64,000 nt of DNA, from contig CAVNZM010000015.1 in NCBI GenBank assembly GCA_963693365.1, forward strand, positions 3,596,001-3,660,000, given 5' to 3'. Below the pieces are notes generated by a model. It did not search any database. It had not been told where the DNA came from and was given only the letters and a program-made list of their open reading frames with translations. The position numbers were made by a program, and so were the translations under genes. This document shows positions 28,801-47,725 of this stretch, piece after piece. Position 1 is the stretch's first letter; every line of letters starts with the position of its first letter. The stretch comes from Amoebidium appalachense (Eukaryota > Protista > Ichthyosporea).

Positions 28801-29787
28801 ACCACCCACCTCTGGGCCTGCCCGGCCCATGACGGGGAGGTCCCCACCCTGACCACAGCCATCACAGCCTGCATTCACAACGTCCTGCACACTCGTCATC
28901 CAAACACCCCCATGGCACAGCACCACCATACGGCAGCCACGGTGGTAGACCAATGTGCATGGATAAACTGGATAGGAGGCAACGGTGGCCCACCAGACCC
29001 GGGCCCCGAAGACATCAAGTGGGTCGAACGGGGATTCTGCCCACGATCGGTGGGCCCACTACTTGCAGCCACCGGCACCACCAAGACCACCACCCGGGCG
29101 ATCTTAGGAAAAATCACAGTAGAGTTGCAGTCCTTTTTCTTTTCAAAAATTTGGCACCCACGGAACACAACACTCCCCCCCACCCACCCCAAAATGCAAA
29201 AACACCACCATATACCCACCACTCGTAGAAAGAAAAGTATGGCTCCCCAAAAACCCAAGACACCAACAAATACACCCCCCACACACACCCGGCCAGCCTG
29301 TTCTGACTTCCGGAACACACACAGACCCAGAGTGCCCTGTAAAACCCACCTTTTAGTCCACAAAAACATCGCCACAACAGACGTACAACAACACATAATG
29401 TTAGGCAGCAACCCCCCACCACCACCACCACCACACCCCATCATCCACCCATACCCACCGTAAATACTATACACAACACGTAGGACTTCCCAATACTGTA
29501 GATCGATCAATGAGAGCCCTCGGTTAACGTTTATTGCTAGGTTTTGAATGGAGGGGAGGACTGGAGCCTCCTGCCGGCGTGGCTGGGGTAGTAGCCCTGG
29601 GCAAAGTGTGTACTTATAGTTAGGTTGTGAAGGATGGTTTAGCTTAGCTGAACTCATAGATAGCACCTTAACTAGTGTACTGTCGGTGCTGTGTGGTAGA
29701 CGGTAGTTTCCCTAGAGGGCCTGAAAAGGGCCTCCGGGAACAAAACGTGATAAAATAAAATAAAATAAAAAATAAAAAAATAAAAAA
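25833..29787 (+). mobile_element. 5'-truncated LINE encoding RT C-terminal half, RNase H and Zn knuckle
   Basis: SVAFADDT (RT catalytic motif); RNase H YTDGS..AGAG..SSTQAEL..LDN..WVKGH..NNEADKAA; CPRC..PETTTHLWAC; stop at 29461-29463; (TAAAA)n tail; perfect TSD aagttctatctccgtg at 25817-25832 and 29788-29803. Three frame changes at about 27338, 28020 and 28470. Confidence 0.95.
29506..29750 (+). ncRNA. Candidate structured cis-acting RNA in LINE 3' UTR
   Basis: Hairpins and a pseudoknot are conserved, some with compensatory changes, in the diverged copy at 55542-55792 (see findings). Confidence 0.6.
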
Positions 29788-30803
29788 AAGTTCTATCTCC
29801 GTGCACGTGCACAGGCATACTATTGGGATATTTTCTGCACACTTGAATCAAACGTATGTCCTATGAGTAAGGCAGGGAGGAAAATCACACTTTGTCTGCT
29901 CTAGTTCTATGATGTTTGGCACCGACAGTATACTCGGGGGAAATCATTGTGGCACCACCCTATGTATTGCCTTATATGGAAGTAAGCAAAGAGTGGTCTT
30001 GCGTAAAGTCTACGGTCTGCACTAAGTCTTAAGACTATTTGTGGAAACTTATGCTCTCAACCCCCCCCCCCCCCAAAAAAAGGACCCCACCCCCCCCTTC
30101 CCCCTCCATCCTCCTAGTTGACAATTTCCCTCGCTTCCCCTCAACACAACTCCTCTCCCCTCCTTTCACAATTTTCCCTTCCGTCTCCCCCAAGTACCCA
30201 CCCGTCTCACGGTTTCAAGTCTCCCCAAAAGATGCACATATGTGCATATAGATGCATTTTCCAACACACTGTACACACTCGCACGCACTCCGGGCCAGCC
30301 GGACTGGATCGGGGTTTTCCTTTTGATTAGTTAGAATTGAGCAGGTTGTTGGGCTCTCGAATGAGAGGAATGCTCAGGGGAGGGGAGATACGGAAGTGTA
30401 CACGATGTGTGTGTTTGTATTGACGGGAGGGTGGTGGTGGTGGTGGTGGTGGGGGAAAAAGGACGGGGGGAGGGGGGGGGAGGGGGGGGGGGGGGGGGGG
30501 GGGGAGGGAGGGAGGGAAGGGGGAGATTGAGAAGGGCCCGGGGGAAGCCTGTTCAGACTTGACACGTGAACACACTGGCGCGGTCTTGCGATGTTCCCCA
30601 TCAAAGTATGTGGGAAACACTGTGGCTAGCTTGTGTTTTCCAAAGTTGAAGGGGCTGATACAGGGGCAAGAGTCGGTGTGACATCCGAAAAAGCCGAACC
30701 TGGATATATGCCGACTTCCTACGTAGAGGTGGGGATTGAGTGCAGGTATGTATATAGTTGTGTCGAGGGTTTTCCGAGGGGGGGGGGGGGGGGGAGGGGA
30801 GAA

Positions 30804-30838
<35 letters not shown>

Positions 30839-31158
30839 GGGGAGGGAGGAAGGGAGGTGGGAAGGGAGGAGTTGCACAAGGGGACGGAGTCTCAAATAGA
30901 ACGAGAATTTGAAAGAGAGCTAGAGAGGGGAGGGCAGGACCGAGGTGGGGAGTTTGGGGGTGGAGGGGAAGGGGGGGGGGGGGGGGGGGGGGAGGGGGGG
31001 GGGCTAGGAGGGGTGGACTGGTGGCTGGGAAAGGGGGAGGATGGGGCGGAGGGCGGGAGGGAGGGGGGGGGGGGGGAGGGTGAGGGGGGGGAGAGAGAGA
31101 CAGAGAGAGAGAGAGAGACAGAGAGAGAGAGACAGAGAGAGGGAGGGAGGGAGGGAGG

Positions 31159-31189
<31 letters not shown>

Positions 31190-31255
31190 AGAGAGGGAGA
31201 GGGAGGGAGGGAGAGAGAGAGAGCCTGACAAAGAGAGAGAGAGAGAGAAAGAGGG

Positions 31256-31372
<117 letters not shown>

Positions 31373-31912
31373 GGAGAGATGGGGGGGGGGGGGGGGGGAG
31401 AGGGAGAGGGGGAGAGAGAGAGAGAGAGAGGAGAGAGATTGGGGAGAGAGGGAAAAAGCGAGGGAGTGAGGGAGAGGGAGAGAAAAAGAGGAGGGAAATT
31501 GGAGAGAGGGAGAAAGCGAGGGAGGGAGGGAGAGGAGTGGGGTAGAGGGAGGGGGCACTGGATGGGAAGGGAGAAAGGGCAGAGCGCAGAGAGATTTCCA
31601 ATCCCGGCGCTGAATTCGTGGAGGAGAGTGGGGGAGGGGGGGGGGGAGGGGGGAGATGTTAACGAGAAAAACTCTTACACATGTAATGCGCTATAAAAAA
31701 AGGTGACCGGGGGAATTAAAACAGTGGGAAGGGGGGGGGAGAGGGGGGGAGGAAAGGGGCCGAGAATTCGCGCCGCTTGGAAATGTTTTGGTTTTCAGCC
31801 AATTTGGTTTTCACATTGATTTTGGCATTATGCCCAGCCAGCCAGGGCTGTTTACACGGGTGCATGCTTTGTTTCACGTAGCTGCAATTTGCATTGTACA
31901 GAAAATCCCCCC

Positions 31913-31959
<47 letters not shown>

Positions 31960-32197
31960 TCCTCTTGCACCAACCTACACCATGAAAAACTGTGTCAGTC
32001 GCTATAAACAGTTGCTTTGCCTGCACCAACAGCCAATAGGTAGGAAATGATTTAGTCAAATTTCGTGATGCCGACACGGTGTGGACTTTCTATTGGTTAT
32101 AAATCAGCCAAAAGACGAGAAATAAATACCGCAGGATACGACAGCTTGTCAGAAGTATAAGAAAGTACAGAATGGAAACGGGAAAAAAATACCGAAT

Positions 32198-37604
<5,407 letters not shown>

Positions 37605-38652
37605 TCGCGCGATAAAGTCACCCCCTTGGCCATCTTGACAAAAACTTTCAGAATAGGAAAGAAGATCATCAATTTTCGTCAGTTTTTCCGTGTGGATGTG
37701 GCGGGAAAATTCGTGCTGCTTTCCCAGGCGGAGATTTAGGTCTAGACATTCTTCCGTGTAGCTGAGGTTCTGAACCCAATCGGATATCGCTGTTGGGTGT
37801 GTAATGGAGGGGATGCCTGGAAGGAATGTGTCGTTGCAGTTGCCTTGTGTTGACCTGGTGTGAGGACGGAGGGGTAAGAGTATGAACTGGGGGGAAGGGG
37901 GGAGGGGGGAGGGGGGGGGGAAGAAAAGAAAGGGAAAAAATAACTTGGGAGTATGCGGGGGCAGAATGAGTGACTTATTAGCTGTTGCAGAGCATTCAAG
38001 TTTTACTTGGGAGGCTCCTTGACACCCCTCCCCCCCCCCCCTCCCCCCCCTCCCCCCCCCCTCCCCCCCCCCCCCCCCTCTCTCCCTGGTGTGAGGATGG
38101 GTAGGAGTATGAACTGGGGGGGGGGGGGGGGGGGGGGGGGGGTGATGTATGCGTTAGAGGGTTGGAAATATGGAGGAGACAACAAAGAGCAACAACAAAG
38201 TGTCACAGGGGAGAAAAGAAAGGGGAAAAAAAACTTGGGAATATGCGGGGGCAGAAAGGGTGACTTATTAGCTGTTGCAGAGCATTCATGGTTTACTTGG
38301 GAGGCTCCTTGACCCCCCCCCCCCCCCCCCCCCCCCATTCCCTCCCGACCCTGACACCCCCCCCCCCCCCCCGATCCCCCCCTCCCCTTTCCCGTCCTCC
38401 CCCCCCCCCCCCCCCTCCCCCCTCCCCCCCCCCCCCCCCCCCACCACCACCGTCATTTGCTCCTTGGCTCATTTCTCTAGTTGTGAATATTTGTTGTGTG
38501 TGTGTGTGTGCTGGCACGTGTGTGTGCACCTGCTTGTGTGCGTATGTATGCGCATGCACCTACGTGCCAAGGTGTACGAGAGTGCAATTGAGCAAGTGAC
38601 TGAACCTTCGATTGTGTGTTTAGGTGTGTGTGTCAGTGCGTGTGTGTGCGAG

Positions 38653-38690
<38 letters not shown>

Positions 38691-38735
38691 TAAGCGACTA
38701 TAAAAACTTTTTTTGGCTATCAATCTCTTAGGTAG

Positions 38736-38790
38736 TCTAGTAAATGCGAGGGAGTAACTGGGATGATATTGCTTCACGAATGTCCCGGCC

Positions 38791-38824
<34 letters not shown>

Positions 38825-38947
38825 TTCCCCCCCCCCAAAAAAACAACCACCACCACCACCACCACCACCACCACCACCACCCAAAAAAGGGGGGGCAAAA
38901 AAAAGAAAAAAAAAAAGAAAGAAAAAATAAATAAATAAAAAATTACC

Positions 38948-38987
<40 letters not shown>

Positions 38988-39617
38988 TCCACCCCCCTCC
39001 CTCAAGCACTCTTTATTTCGCACGTTAGACCTTTTCCGGAACTCTTATCTACTGCAATGACATATATATGAAGACTACGGTTCAGCAACAGATCTTACAT
39101 TATCAGAAATACTTTGAAAAGCTTTGATATTTTGTCATGAGCAACCAACAAGCAAACTCAAACATGAGAAGCTCACCTTCCTTGTGCCTGGTCTCCAAGC
39201 CCATTCTCGGGTTCGTTTACAGCATCGTGGCCTTGCGATGTTTCCTTTTTGCAGCTATCCTGGAGGAAAAAATAAAGGTCAATGCTAGTATTCCCTTTTA
39301 TCTTTGTCTCAACTTCACAGTGATATTTCCCCCCCACATACAACACCACCAACCCCCTTCCCCCTGGACACGCACACACACACAGACCCGTCCTCCCTCC
39401 CTTACAGGTGTTTCCCTTAGCCCTGCTACCCCCCCCCCCCCTTCCCCCCCCCCCCCTTCCCCCGCTTCTCCCCCTGCCCCGCGCCACAAAAAAAAAAAAA
39501 AAAAAAAAAAAGATCCCTTCTTGCTTCCCTTGTTCTTTCACCTCTCACTCAACACCCAGAATCTAAAATTCTACAAGACAAGACAGCATATTGCCGTGCG
39601 CGTCTGCATCTGTAACC

Positions 39618-39689
<72 letters not shown>

Positions 39690-40417
39690 CTCTCCCCTGC
39701 CCCCCCCTCCACCCACCCCCCACCCACCCACAATCCCATGCAAGCTAACCCACCAACCTAGATACATAAGTAGTTTGAGCGAGAGCCTGCAGATATCTCT
39801 ATCTCCGTGTGCTCCCAACATGGGTTCCATTACAGGTTCCATGTGGTTTTTTAACTTACCACCGGAAGAACCAGAACAATTAAGTCGCTCAGAAACAGCT
39901 GCTTCCCCGCACGGCTCAAGTCCACGTGTCTCAATCGAGCGGCAGCACAACACTCGGGGGGGATGCCCGTCAGCCCAGTGGCTTGAGCTTGATTTCCAGC
40001 AAGCAAGAAGATGTGATGTTTTCTGCCCATGGAATCAACCGCCGGACTCTTTGAGCGAAGGAAAATGCGCGTTGTTAACGAGCGGCGCAAATCGTGGAGA
40101 CGGATTCCTTGACCGAAACCGTTTCCTGCTGTCGCTTGACTTCCCATCTGGGTGTGTGTAATGGCAGCTTCCCAGGTTCTGGACGGAAGCAGTTCCCAAA
40201 GACTCGCCTTTTCCACATCGGGCAAGCATAGGTAAATTGAAACTGGAAGCTGGAACTGGACTTTAAGATCAATGAGCGTGACGATGTGCTTTGTGGTCGC
40301 TTTTAGCTTGTCTATGGTGCTGTCCTTTCTGTCGTTGCGTTTTTTTGGCTTTAACTCTGCTTGGGTTGGTAGGTCGGAATCATCTGCTCGTTCTCGTTTA
40401 AGCACAGACTCCTCCAT
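38736..40417 (-). CDS. Hypothetical gene of unknown function
   Basis: ORF MEESVLKRERADDS..KPKKR (basic NLS-like), an exon-like block at ~39176-39258 bounded by ag/gtgag, and a possible last exon GRDIREAISSQLLPRIY*. No domain recognised. Confidence 0.3.
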
Positions 40418-41168
40418 CTTGAAAACCTTAACGTTAATCAATGGGGGAGATTACAGGAATTTTCGCCTAAGCCACACCAGCTGCACATTTTACATGCTTT
40501 AGATCCAGCACCTGTCCTCTAATGTTCCAAGGGAGTAGAGACAAAGGTGATTCGCTTGAGATCTATTAAGATTGAGCCTGCCTGCATTTGCCCTGCAAGT
40601 GCTTACCCGATGCCATAACGTGCATAGAAAATGCCCCCCTTATCTCATCTCTTTACTTCTTTTTTTTTTTTTTTTGGCTTTTCTCTCACTCTTTGAAAGA
40701 ATTCTGGTCACAGTGCACGGGTAATGACAGGTTGGACTTCCCTTTTCGCTTTTTTTTTTTTTCAGTGTCACAAAATCTCGAGTGGTGCGTGGTGTTGTTC
40801 GGAATTGAGCATGTGAGCCATCGGGTCAGAATACTTTCGAGCCAAGGGCTGATGACACATCCTTCTTAATTACAATAACTGCGATGTAAAAACCAGTGTA
40901 AGCATATTGAAGACAGATAACTAGTAACCATATTACGAAGTACACTTCTTTAAGCATATAATATAAGACATATGTCATGATTCTTTCGCCGTGTCGATAT
41001 GTGCCGAGCGTTTGCGCTTCTATGGCTTGTTTGCGGTTCATGGTTCGTTATCTTCAGGGCTAAGCCGACCCGACTTGAACTGATATCAGCATGTAGATCA
41101 TTGGACGAACGAGCACCATGACCCCCCCCCCCCCCCCCCCCCCCCCCCTTTTTTTTGTTTCCCAACTC

Positions 41169-41213
<45 letters not shown>

Positions 41214-41293
41214 AAAAAAAACCCCCATAGTAAAAATAATACGCATTTCCAATATCTATGACAGAGATATCACCCACCCAAAAAAACACCGTT

Positions 41294-41348
<55 letters not shown>

Positions 41349-41775
41349 TACGCACACAGACACACACACACCGTGGCACACACATACACACACCGTGGCA
41401 CACACACAAACACACGAGATGACACACACACCGTCACACACACACACACGCACACACACACACACACACACATACACACACGCACACACACGCACACACA
41501 CTCACACTCACACTCAGACACACAGTCACACCACCAAAAAACGAAAGGCCAAGGGTGGGAAGGGGGGGGGGGGGGGGGGGGGATGCGTGTGTGTGCTGTT
41601 CTTTTGGTCATGGAGAAGGCCCTCCGAGTCGTAGGGAACACTGTTTCCAAATATGCATGTGTGTGTGTGTGTGTGTGTCGGGGGTTTCCTCCCATTTTTG
41701 TGTTGTGTGCACACGCGTCAAATGATCATGAGACTATGATTTCAAAGCTCAGGTGATGCCTCTCGAGTGTGCGCG

Positions 41776-41827
<52 letters not shown>

Positions 41828-41844
41828 TGTGTCTGTGCGTGCGC

Positions 41845-41875
<31 letters not shown>

Positions 41876-42249
41876 TGTGTGTTCCGGTGTTGTGTTTTTG
41901 TGGCAAGGTAGGGGAGAGCTCGAGGGTCCTACCTTTCCGCAACTGTGTGAGACCATGGGACGCAGCACGCGCGTTTGTGACTGTGTGTGGGCTCCGGTTT
42001 GTGTGTGTGTGTGTTATTGTGTGTGTGTGTGCGCACGCTTGTGTGTGTGTGCATCATCTCCACCTGTGTGTGTGACTGCCAGTTGCGGGCGCATGTGTGT
42101 GTGGGGGGGCTCCTACCTGAGCGTGCTGTGTGTAGCAAAGCTGCAGAACAAAGTTTCTTTCGAGTGTGCATACATGAATGTGTGCGCCCGTGTGTGTGTG
42201 TGTGTCTGTGTGTCTGTTTGTGTGTGTGTGCTTGTGTGTGTGTGTTTCT

Positions 42250-42580
42250 GTTGTGACTGGTGTGTGTGTGTGTGTGTGTGTGTCGTCTCCACTTGTGTGT
42301 ATGACTGCCAGTTGTGCGCGCATGTATATGAGAGTATTGTGTGTGGCGAAATAGCAGGATCACCCTCTCGAGTGATCCTACTACTTGAATGTGCCGCCCT
42401 TGTGTGTGTGTGTTTGTGTGTTTCTGTTGTGACTGGTGTGTGTGTGTGGGTGTGTGTGTGTCGTCTCAACTTGTGTGTATGACTGCCAGTTGTGCGCGCA
42501 TGTAAATGAGAGTATTGTGTGTGGCGAAATAGCATGATCACCCTCTCGAGTGATCCTACTACTTGAATATGCACGCCCGT
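42250..42580. repeat. Tandem duplication of a ~180-bp unit containing an aggatcac/gtgatcct hairpin
   Basis: cttgtgtgtatgactgccagttgtgcgcgcatgta.atgagagtattgtgtgtggcgaaatagca.gatcaccctctcgagtgatcctactacttgaat occurs twice; partial third copy near 42055-42100. Confidence 0.85.
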
Positions 42581-43042
42581 GTCTGTGTGTGCTGTGTGTG
42601 TGTTTGTGTGTGTGTTGTGACAGTGACACAATAGACTAAGTGTACATTACGATTATATACTTTTATTCATGATTTATTTCCATCAGAATGAGGTTTGGCA
42701 TGCAGCCGTCATACATTTCAACATTACAACATTACTTTATCACCAGAAATAAACACCACCTCAACATTCCAACTACCGAAAGTTTCCAACAGAGAGGGGT
42801 AGAATCCCTCAACACTACATTCCCGTCTATTCCGAGGAAAACAATTAGGATTTAAAGAAACATAGCTATCATTATCAGGCCTACTCGTTAGCACATAGTC
42901 GTTATTAATTCCTGCATTCACGTCGCTAGAAGCGCACCTTTTTAGTATACAAATCATATATCGAAGAAAGACCAGCGGCGCACACACAACCGCCCTTTCG
43001 ATTCGGGCCAGACCCGAATATCCACCACCGGTTCGAATCTCT

Positions 43043-43408
43043 TCACATGACGCTGCCGCGGACAACTTGTGACTGGCGTGGACGGCCAGATGTGAGCGTG
43101 CTGCGGCCACCGGCCATGCTTGCACGTGATCCGGCATACCCGGCACGTGATGCGCGGGAACCCTGCAGAGAGGCGGGAAAGCACGTGTTACGGCGTGTTT
43201 TCTTTGGAGGCTTGTTGGCTGCATGCACGCCATGCATATGCCTCAAGTAAACAGTGTAAACCCCATATGTCTTATGTAAGTTTCTAGGCTTGGTGTGCAT
43301 GTGTGTGGGATGAGGTTTAGAGCAAAAGCCACATGTGTGTGGGGTCAGGTTATGGGGAGGAGGTCGCAACAAAACGTGTATGTGTGCACTCTTTTTTTTT
43401 TTTTTTTT

Positions 43409-43439
<31 letters not shown>

Positions 43440-43835
43440 TAACACTTACGGGGTCGGCGGGAACAATGGTGCCGTTGGCGCGCATGACAGCGGGGTTGGA
43501 GTTGAAGAGGGACGGGACGTGGCCCTCGAGCACATAGTGCATCACAAACTTGATGGGGTCCAGGCCCACGTACCAGATGGCGGCCCAGATCCAAGCAACG
43601 AGCACGTACCAGCCGCAGCCAATCGCGCTGGCAGTGTAGATCTGCGATTCGATTGGGTGCGCGTCAGCATGCGATGATGTTAGGAATGTGGGCGTGAGAG
43701 AGATGTGGGGACGAGTTATGGTGAGTGTTTTTTTTTTGTTGAAGGAGGAAGAGAGGTAGTGGTGGGAGGGAGGGATGAAGGGAGGCGGGGTGGGTGGGGG
43801 GGGGGGGGGTGGGTGGGGGGGGGGGGGGGAGGGAT

Positions 43836-43872
<37 letters not shown>

Positions 43873-43993
43873 CTAACGGTGGTGGTGTTGAGGAGGAATG
43901 AAGGGAGGGAAGAAAGTAAGACTCGGATGGGGGGGGGGGGGGGGGGGGGGAGGGGAGAAGGGGGAGGGAACCCTAAGGCATTGTGTACCGTGT

Positions 43994-44049
<56 letters not shown>

Positions 44050-45401
44050 CTAAAGGTGGTGATGGTGAGGAGGAATGAAGGGAGGGAAGAAATTAAGACT
44101 CGGATGGGGGGGGGGGGGGGGGGGGGGGGGGGGAAGATGAGTGTGAAGCAAAGAGCATAACACCAAAAGGAACACATACCGACTCAGTGTTAGCCAGGGG
44201 CGCGGTTCCATCATAACGCTCACAGAAGAAGCAGTCGCTGACAGAGTACTTGGGGAACTCGTAGCCGTTGAAACCGAAACCGGCAATCAGGCAGTTCGCC
44301 AACTGAGCAACGAAAAACGCGGCGAAAAGAAGGTTTCCGGGCCTGTCGAGGAAAGACCAACCCTGAGAGCGTGTGACGAAAATCAGGGCCTGACCAGAGA
44401 TGGAAAGGTGGGCGAAAATGAGCGTGCGCAGGCGAGACTGGCGCGTCCACCAGACCTCGGCAATACACTGCTGAAGGGCGGAGGGGGTGTTGGGGGCGCA
44501 GTTGGGGAACTGGGTGGGGTAGATGGCGCTGATACTGCCGGGCATGGCAAGGCCGGGGGTGTTGCCGAGAGTGGTGTTGTCTGTGAGGTGGGGATGGCGG
44601 GTGTGAGTACATGTGTATGGGTGTGGATGAAGGTGTGAACATGTGTGAGTGCGTGTGAGTGTGTGTGTGTGCGCGCGCATGTGTGCAAAAGTGTATGTGT
44701 GTGTGTACGTGTGTGAACGCTAGGGTGCCAGGTCGTCGTATGCGTGTGCCTTTTTGTGTTACGTGCAGATGTGAGTGTGTTTCAAGTTTTTTTGTTGAAC
44801 TTAAGCATACACTTAACTGTGTGCCTGTGTGTGTGTGTGTTTGTGGGTGTGTGTGGATTGGACCAACGCGCGCCGGGGGGGGGGGAGGGGGGGGGGGGAG
44901 GGGGTCTACGTACAAGGCAGGTACTGGGACGTGCAAGCAGGGGCGCCGGCAGCGAAACCATCCATGGGCAGATTCATGCAATAGTTGGTAGCCTCCCCGT
45001 ACTGAAGGTTGAACAGGCCTGAAAAGTGGTCCTGGAAGAAGTTGGTGTGGCTGGCAACATAGAACAGAGCCCAAGAGGAGAGGGTAAGGTAGAGGCCGTA
45101 CACGAGACCCGTCATGAAAATTCTCTTGAGGAACCATGCGTTGGGGTTGGGGGGAGGGAGTGACGCGGTCCTTGGAGAGGGCAATCATGGCGCCGTCGTT
45201 GAACACGGCGAGAAGAACGATGAGGATGGTGGGGAAGTACCAGTTGTAGATCACTGTAGGGGTATAAACACGTAAGTGTTAGTTGTGTAAGTTGATGAGG
45301 TGAGGGTTGAGCATTAATGGTGTGTGTGTGGGGGGGGGGAGGGGGGGTGTGCGGGGGGGAATGGGTGTGTATGTGTGTGTGTCTGTCTGTGTGTCTGTGT
45401 G

Positions 45402-45453
<52 letters not shown>

Positions 45454-45972
45454 CTGTGTGTTCGTGTGTGTGGGACGAAAAATGGAAAAATGTTGGATCA
45501 TCAGTCTACAAAAGAAAGAAAAAAGAAAAGAAGGAAGGAAGAAAGAAGATGAAGGAGAAAGGAAGGGAAACTTGATGGAGTAATAGACACATACCAGTAA
45601 GCAGACCAAAGGTGAAGCAGATACGGTACGTAGTCGAGATCGTGTAGATAGCATAGTTCTTCATGCGCTGGAAAATCTTCCTGCTGTTATTCACAGCCTC
45701 CACAATAACGCTCAGACCGGGCTCCGTCAACACAATATCAGCCGCGGCGCGCGCAGCGTCCGTAGCATCGGCAACAGCAATACCAATATCGGCGCGCTTG
45801 AGTGCGGGGGCATCGTTTACACCGTCACCAGTCATACCAGTCATGTAGCCCTTGTCCTGAAGACGCTTCACAATCTCGAACTTGTGCTCGGGGAAGACTT
45901 CGGCGAAACCGTCTGCCTGTTCGATCAGATCGTCAAGGGTGATGGCTCCTTCGATGAGGGCTGTGGTGGGAA

Positions 45973-46017
<45 letters not shown>

Positions 46018-47094
46018 GTTAGTTGTTTTTAAAATGTGAGTAAGAACAATAATAAACTGCATTATAAACCCTCCCGTCATTCGACACAACACCACACACA
46101 TGAAAGCAAGCAAAAAGAAAGGAAAAGGAGGGGGGGAGAAGGAAGGAGAGGGGGGTAAAAGAAAACATACTGTTGGGATGGTTGAAGACCTCAGTGGTGT
46201 GCATGTTGGTACCCATGCCCAGTTGGCGCGCAGTCTCCTTTCCGATTGGCAGCTGGTCACCCGTAATCATCTTGACACCAATGCCCAGTTCAATGCAGCG
46301 CGCAATAGTCTCCTTCGTGTCGTGGCGGGGAGGGTCGAAGATGGGAATGAGACCGACGAATTGCCACTTGGTCTGCCCATCGGTACCGTCGCCTGTGTGG
46401 GGATGGGGGGGATGGATTAAATGAAATAAAACCACAGAAAGGAAAGAAAAAACGGGGGGAGGGGGGGGGGGGGGGGAGATGAGAAAAAGCAGAGGAAGAG
46501 GGGATGCACATAATAAGTTACAAAACATCTCAGGCATACAAATGCAAATACATAAAGGCAGCTCAAAGGTGGCTCAACAGTAAAGGCTGGGTTGGGTGTG
46601 AGGGGAAGTGGGGACGTGGCTTAAGTGGGAATGAGGGAACGAAAGAGGGAGGGTGGGGAGGAGGGAAAGACGGGGGGAGCGGAGGGGATGAGGGAAAGAG
46701 GCGGGGGGGGGGGGGGGGGGGGGGGGGGGGATGTGCACACATACCCTCAGCCAGGCCGACACCCAGAGCACGGTAGCCCCTGTTGGCGTATTCGAGAATC
46801 TTGGCCTCCATGTCATCCTTGATCTCCGGGAAATTGTGCGCAAGCTTGAGAACAACCTGGGGAGCACCCTTGGCAGCACGGAAAATCTGCACGAAAAAAC
46901 GGGGGGGGAAAGGAGAAAAACGGAAAGTATTAGTGTACTGGGGGAAAACAGGTAAAGAACATGGCATCTGTATTTGTATTTTTCTTGTAGTTTTTGTAGA
47001 GGTGCCGCTCGCGCAGACAGTGTGCGCGAGTGTGTGTTGTGTATGTGTATGTATAGTGGTGGTGTCACGGGTGTGCTTTTTGTGTGTGCTTTTT

Positions 47095-47144
<50 letters not shown>

Positions 47145-47694
47145 CGGAGGAGGAGGAGGAGGAAAGAAGGGGGGGGGGGGGGGGGGGGGAGGGGGAGGGT
47201 GGAAAACTTACGCGGCCAGTAGCATTGTGCTTGATAAAGGCAACAGTTTTTTTGTCGACGGGGTTGAAGGGGGTATACTTTGTGCACGTGTGCTCCTCCC
47301 ACAGACCGTTGCGGCCGTCATATGCGGCATCAACACACACGTCAATGGGCTCATTGTTCTCAGTCTTGGCAGAGAGGGCTCCGTACTTGAGAATGTCCTC
47401 AGCTGTGAAACCGGCTGTGTGGTGGGGAAAAACCAAGCAAGGTAAGTTTTGTGTGCTATTTTGTTTGCAGTGCACGTGTGTGTGTTGTGTGTGTGTTTTG
47501 CACATCCGAGCACAAAAGTATGAATTCACGTGTTGTATTTAAGTGTGCGCGAGAACATATGTTCATGTGAAGTGCGCGCACAATCGACCCATTCACGGTC
47601 TGCATGTATGTATGAACATCCACGTGTGTGTGTGTGTGCACGGGGAGATGTGCCTGCACATGCACGTGTATGCATGTGCATGGGGACGGTGTGT

Positions 47695-47725
<31 letters not shown>

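Noticed and set aside
29549-29750. RNase P RNA or twister ribozyme identity for the LINE 3' structure (ggaggggagga, aacaaaac, tggaggg)
   Set aside because: The P4 pairing of RNase P and the twister P4-loop/pseudoknot nucleotides are absent; resemblance is superficial.
39798-39809. 12-nt echo (tctatctccgtg) of the LINE TSD suggesting target specificity
   Set aside because: The related element at 55509 has an unrelated TSD; treated as coincidence.
45140-45155. Programmed frameshift or pseudogenisation of the H+-ATPase
   Set aside because: A single extra base in a homopolymer within an otherwise intact gene; sequencing error is more likely (verify with reads).
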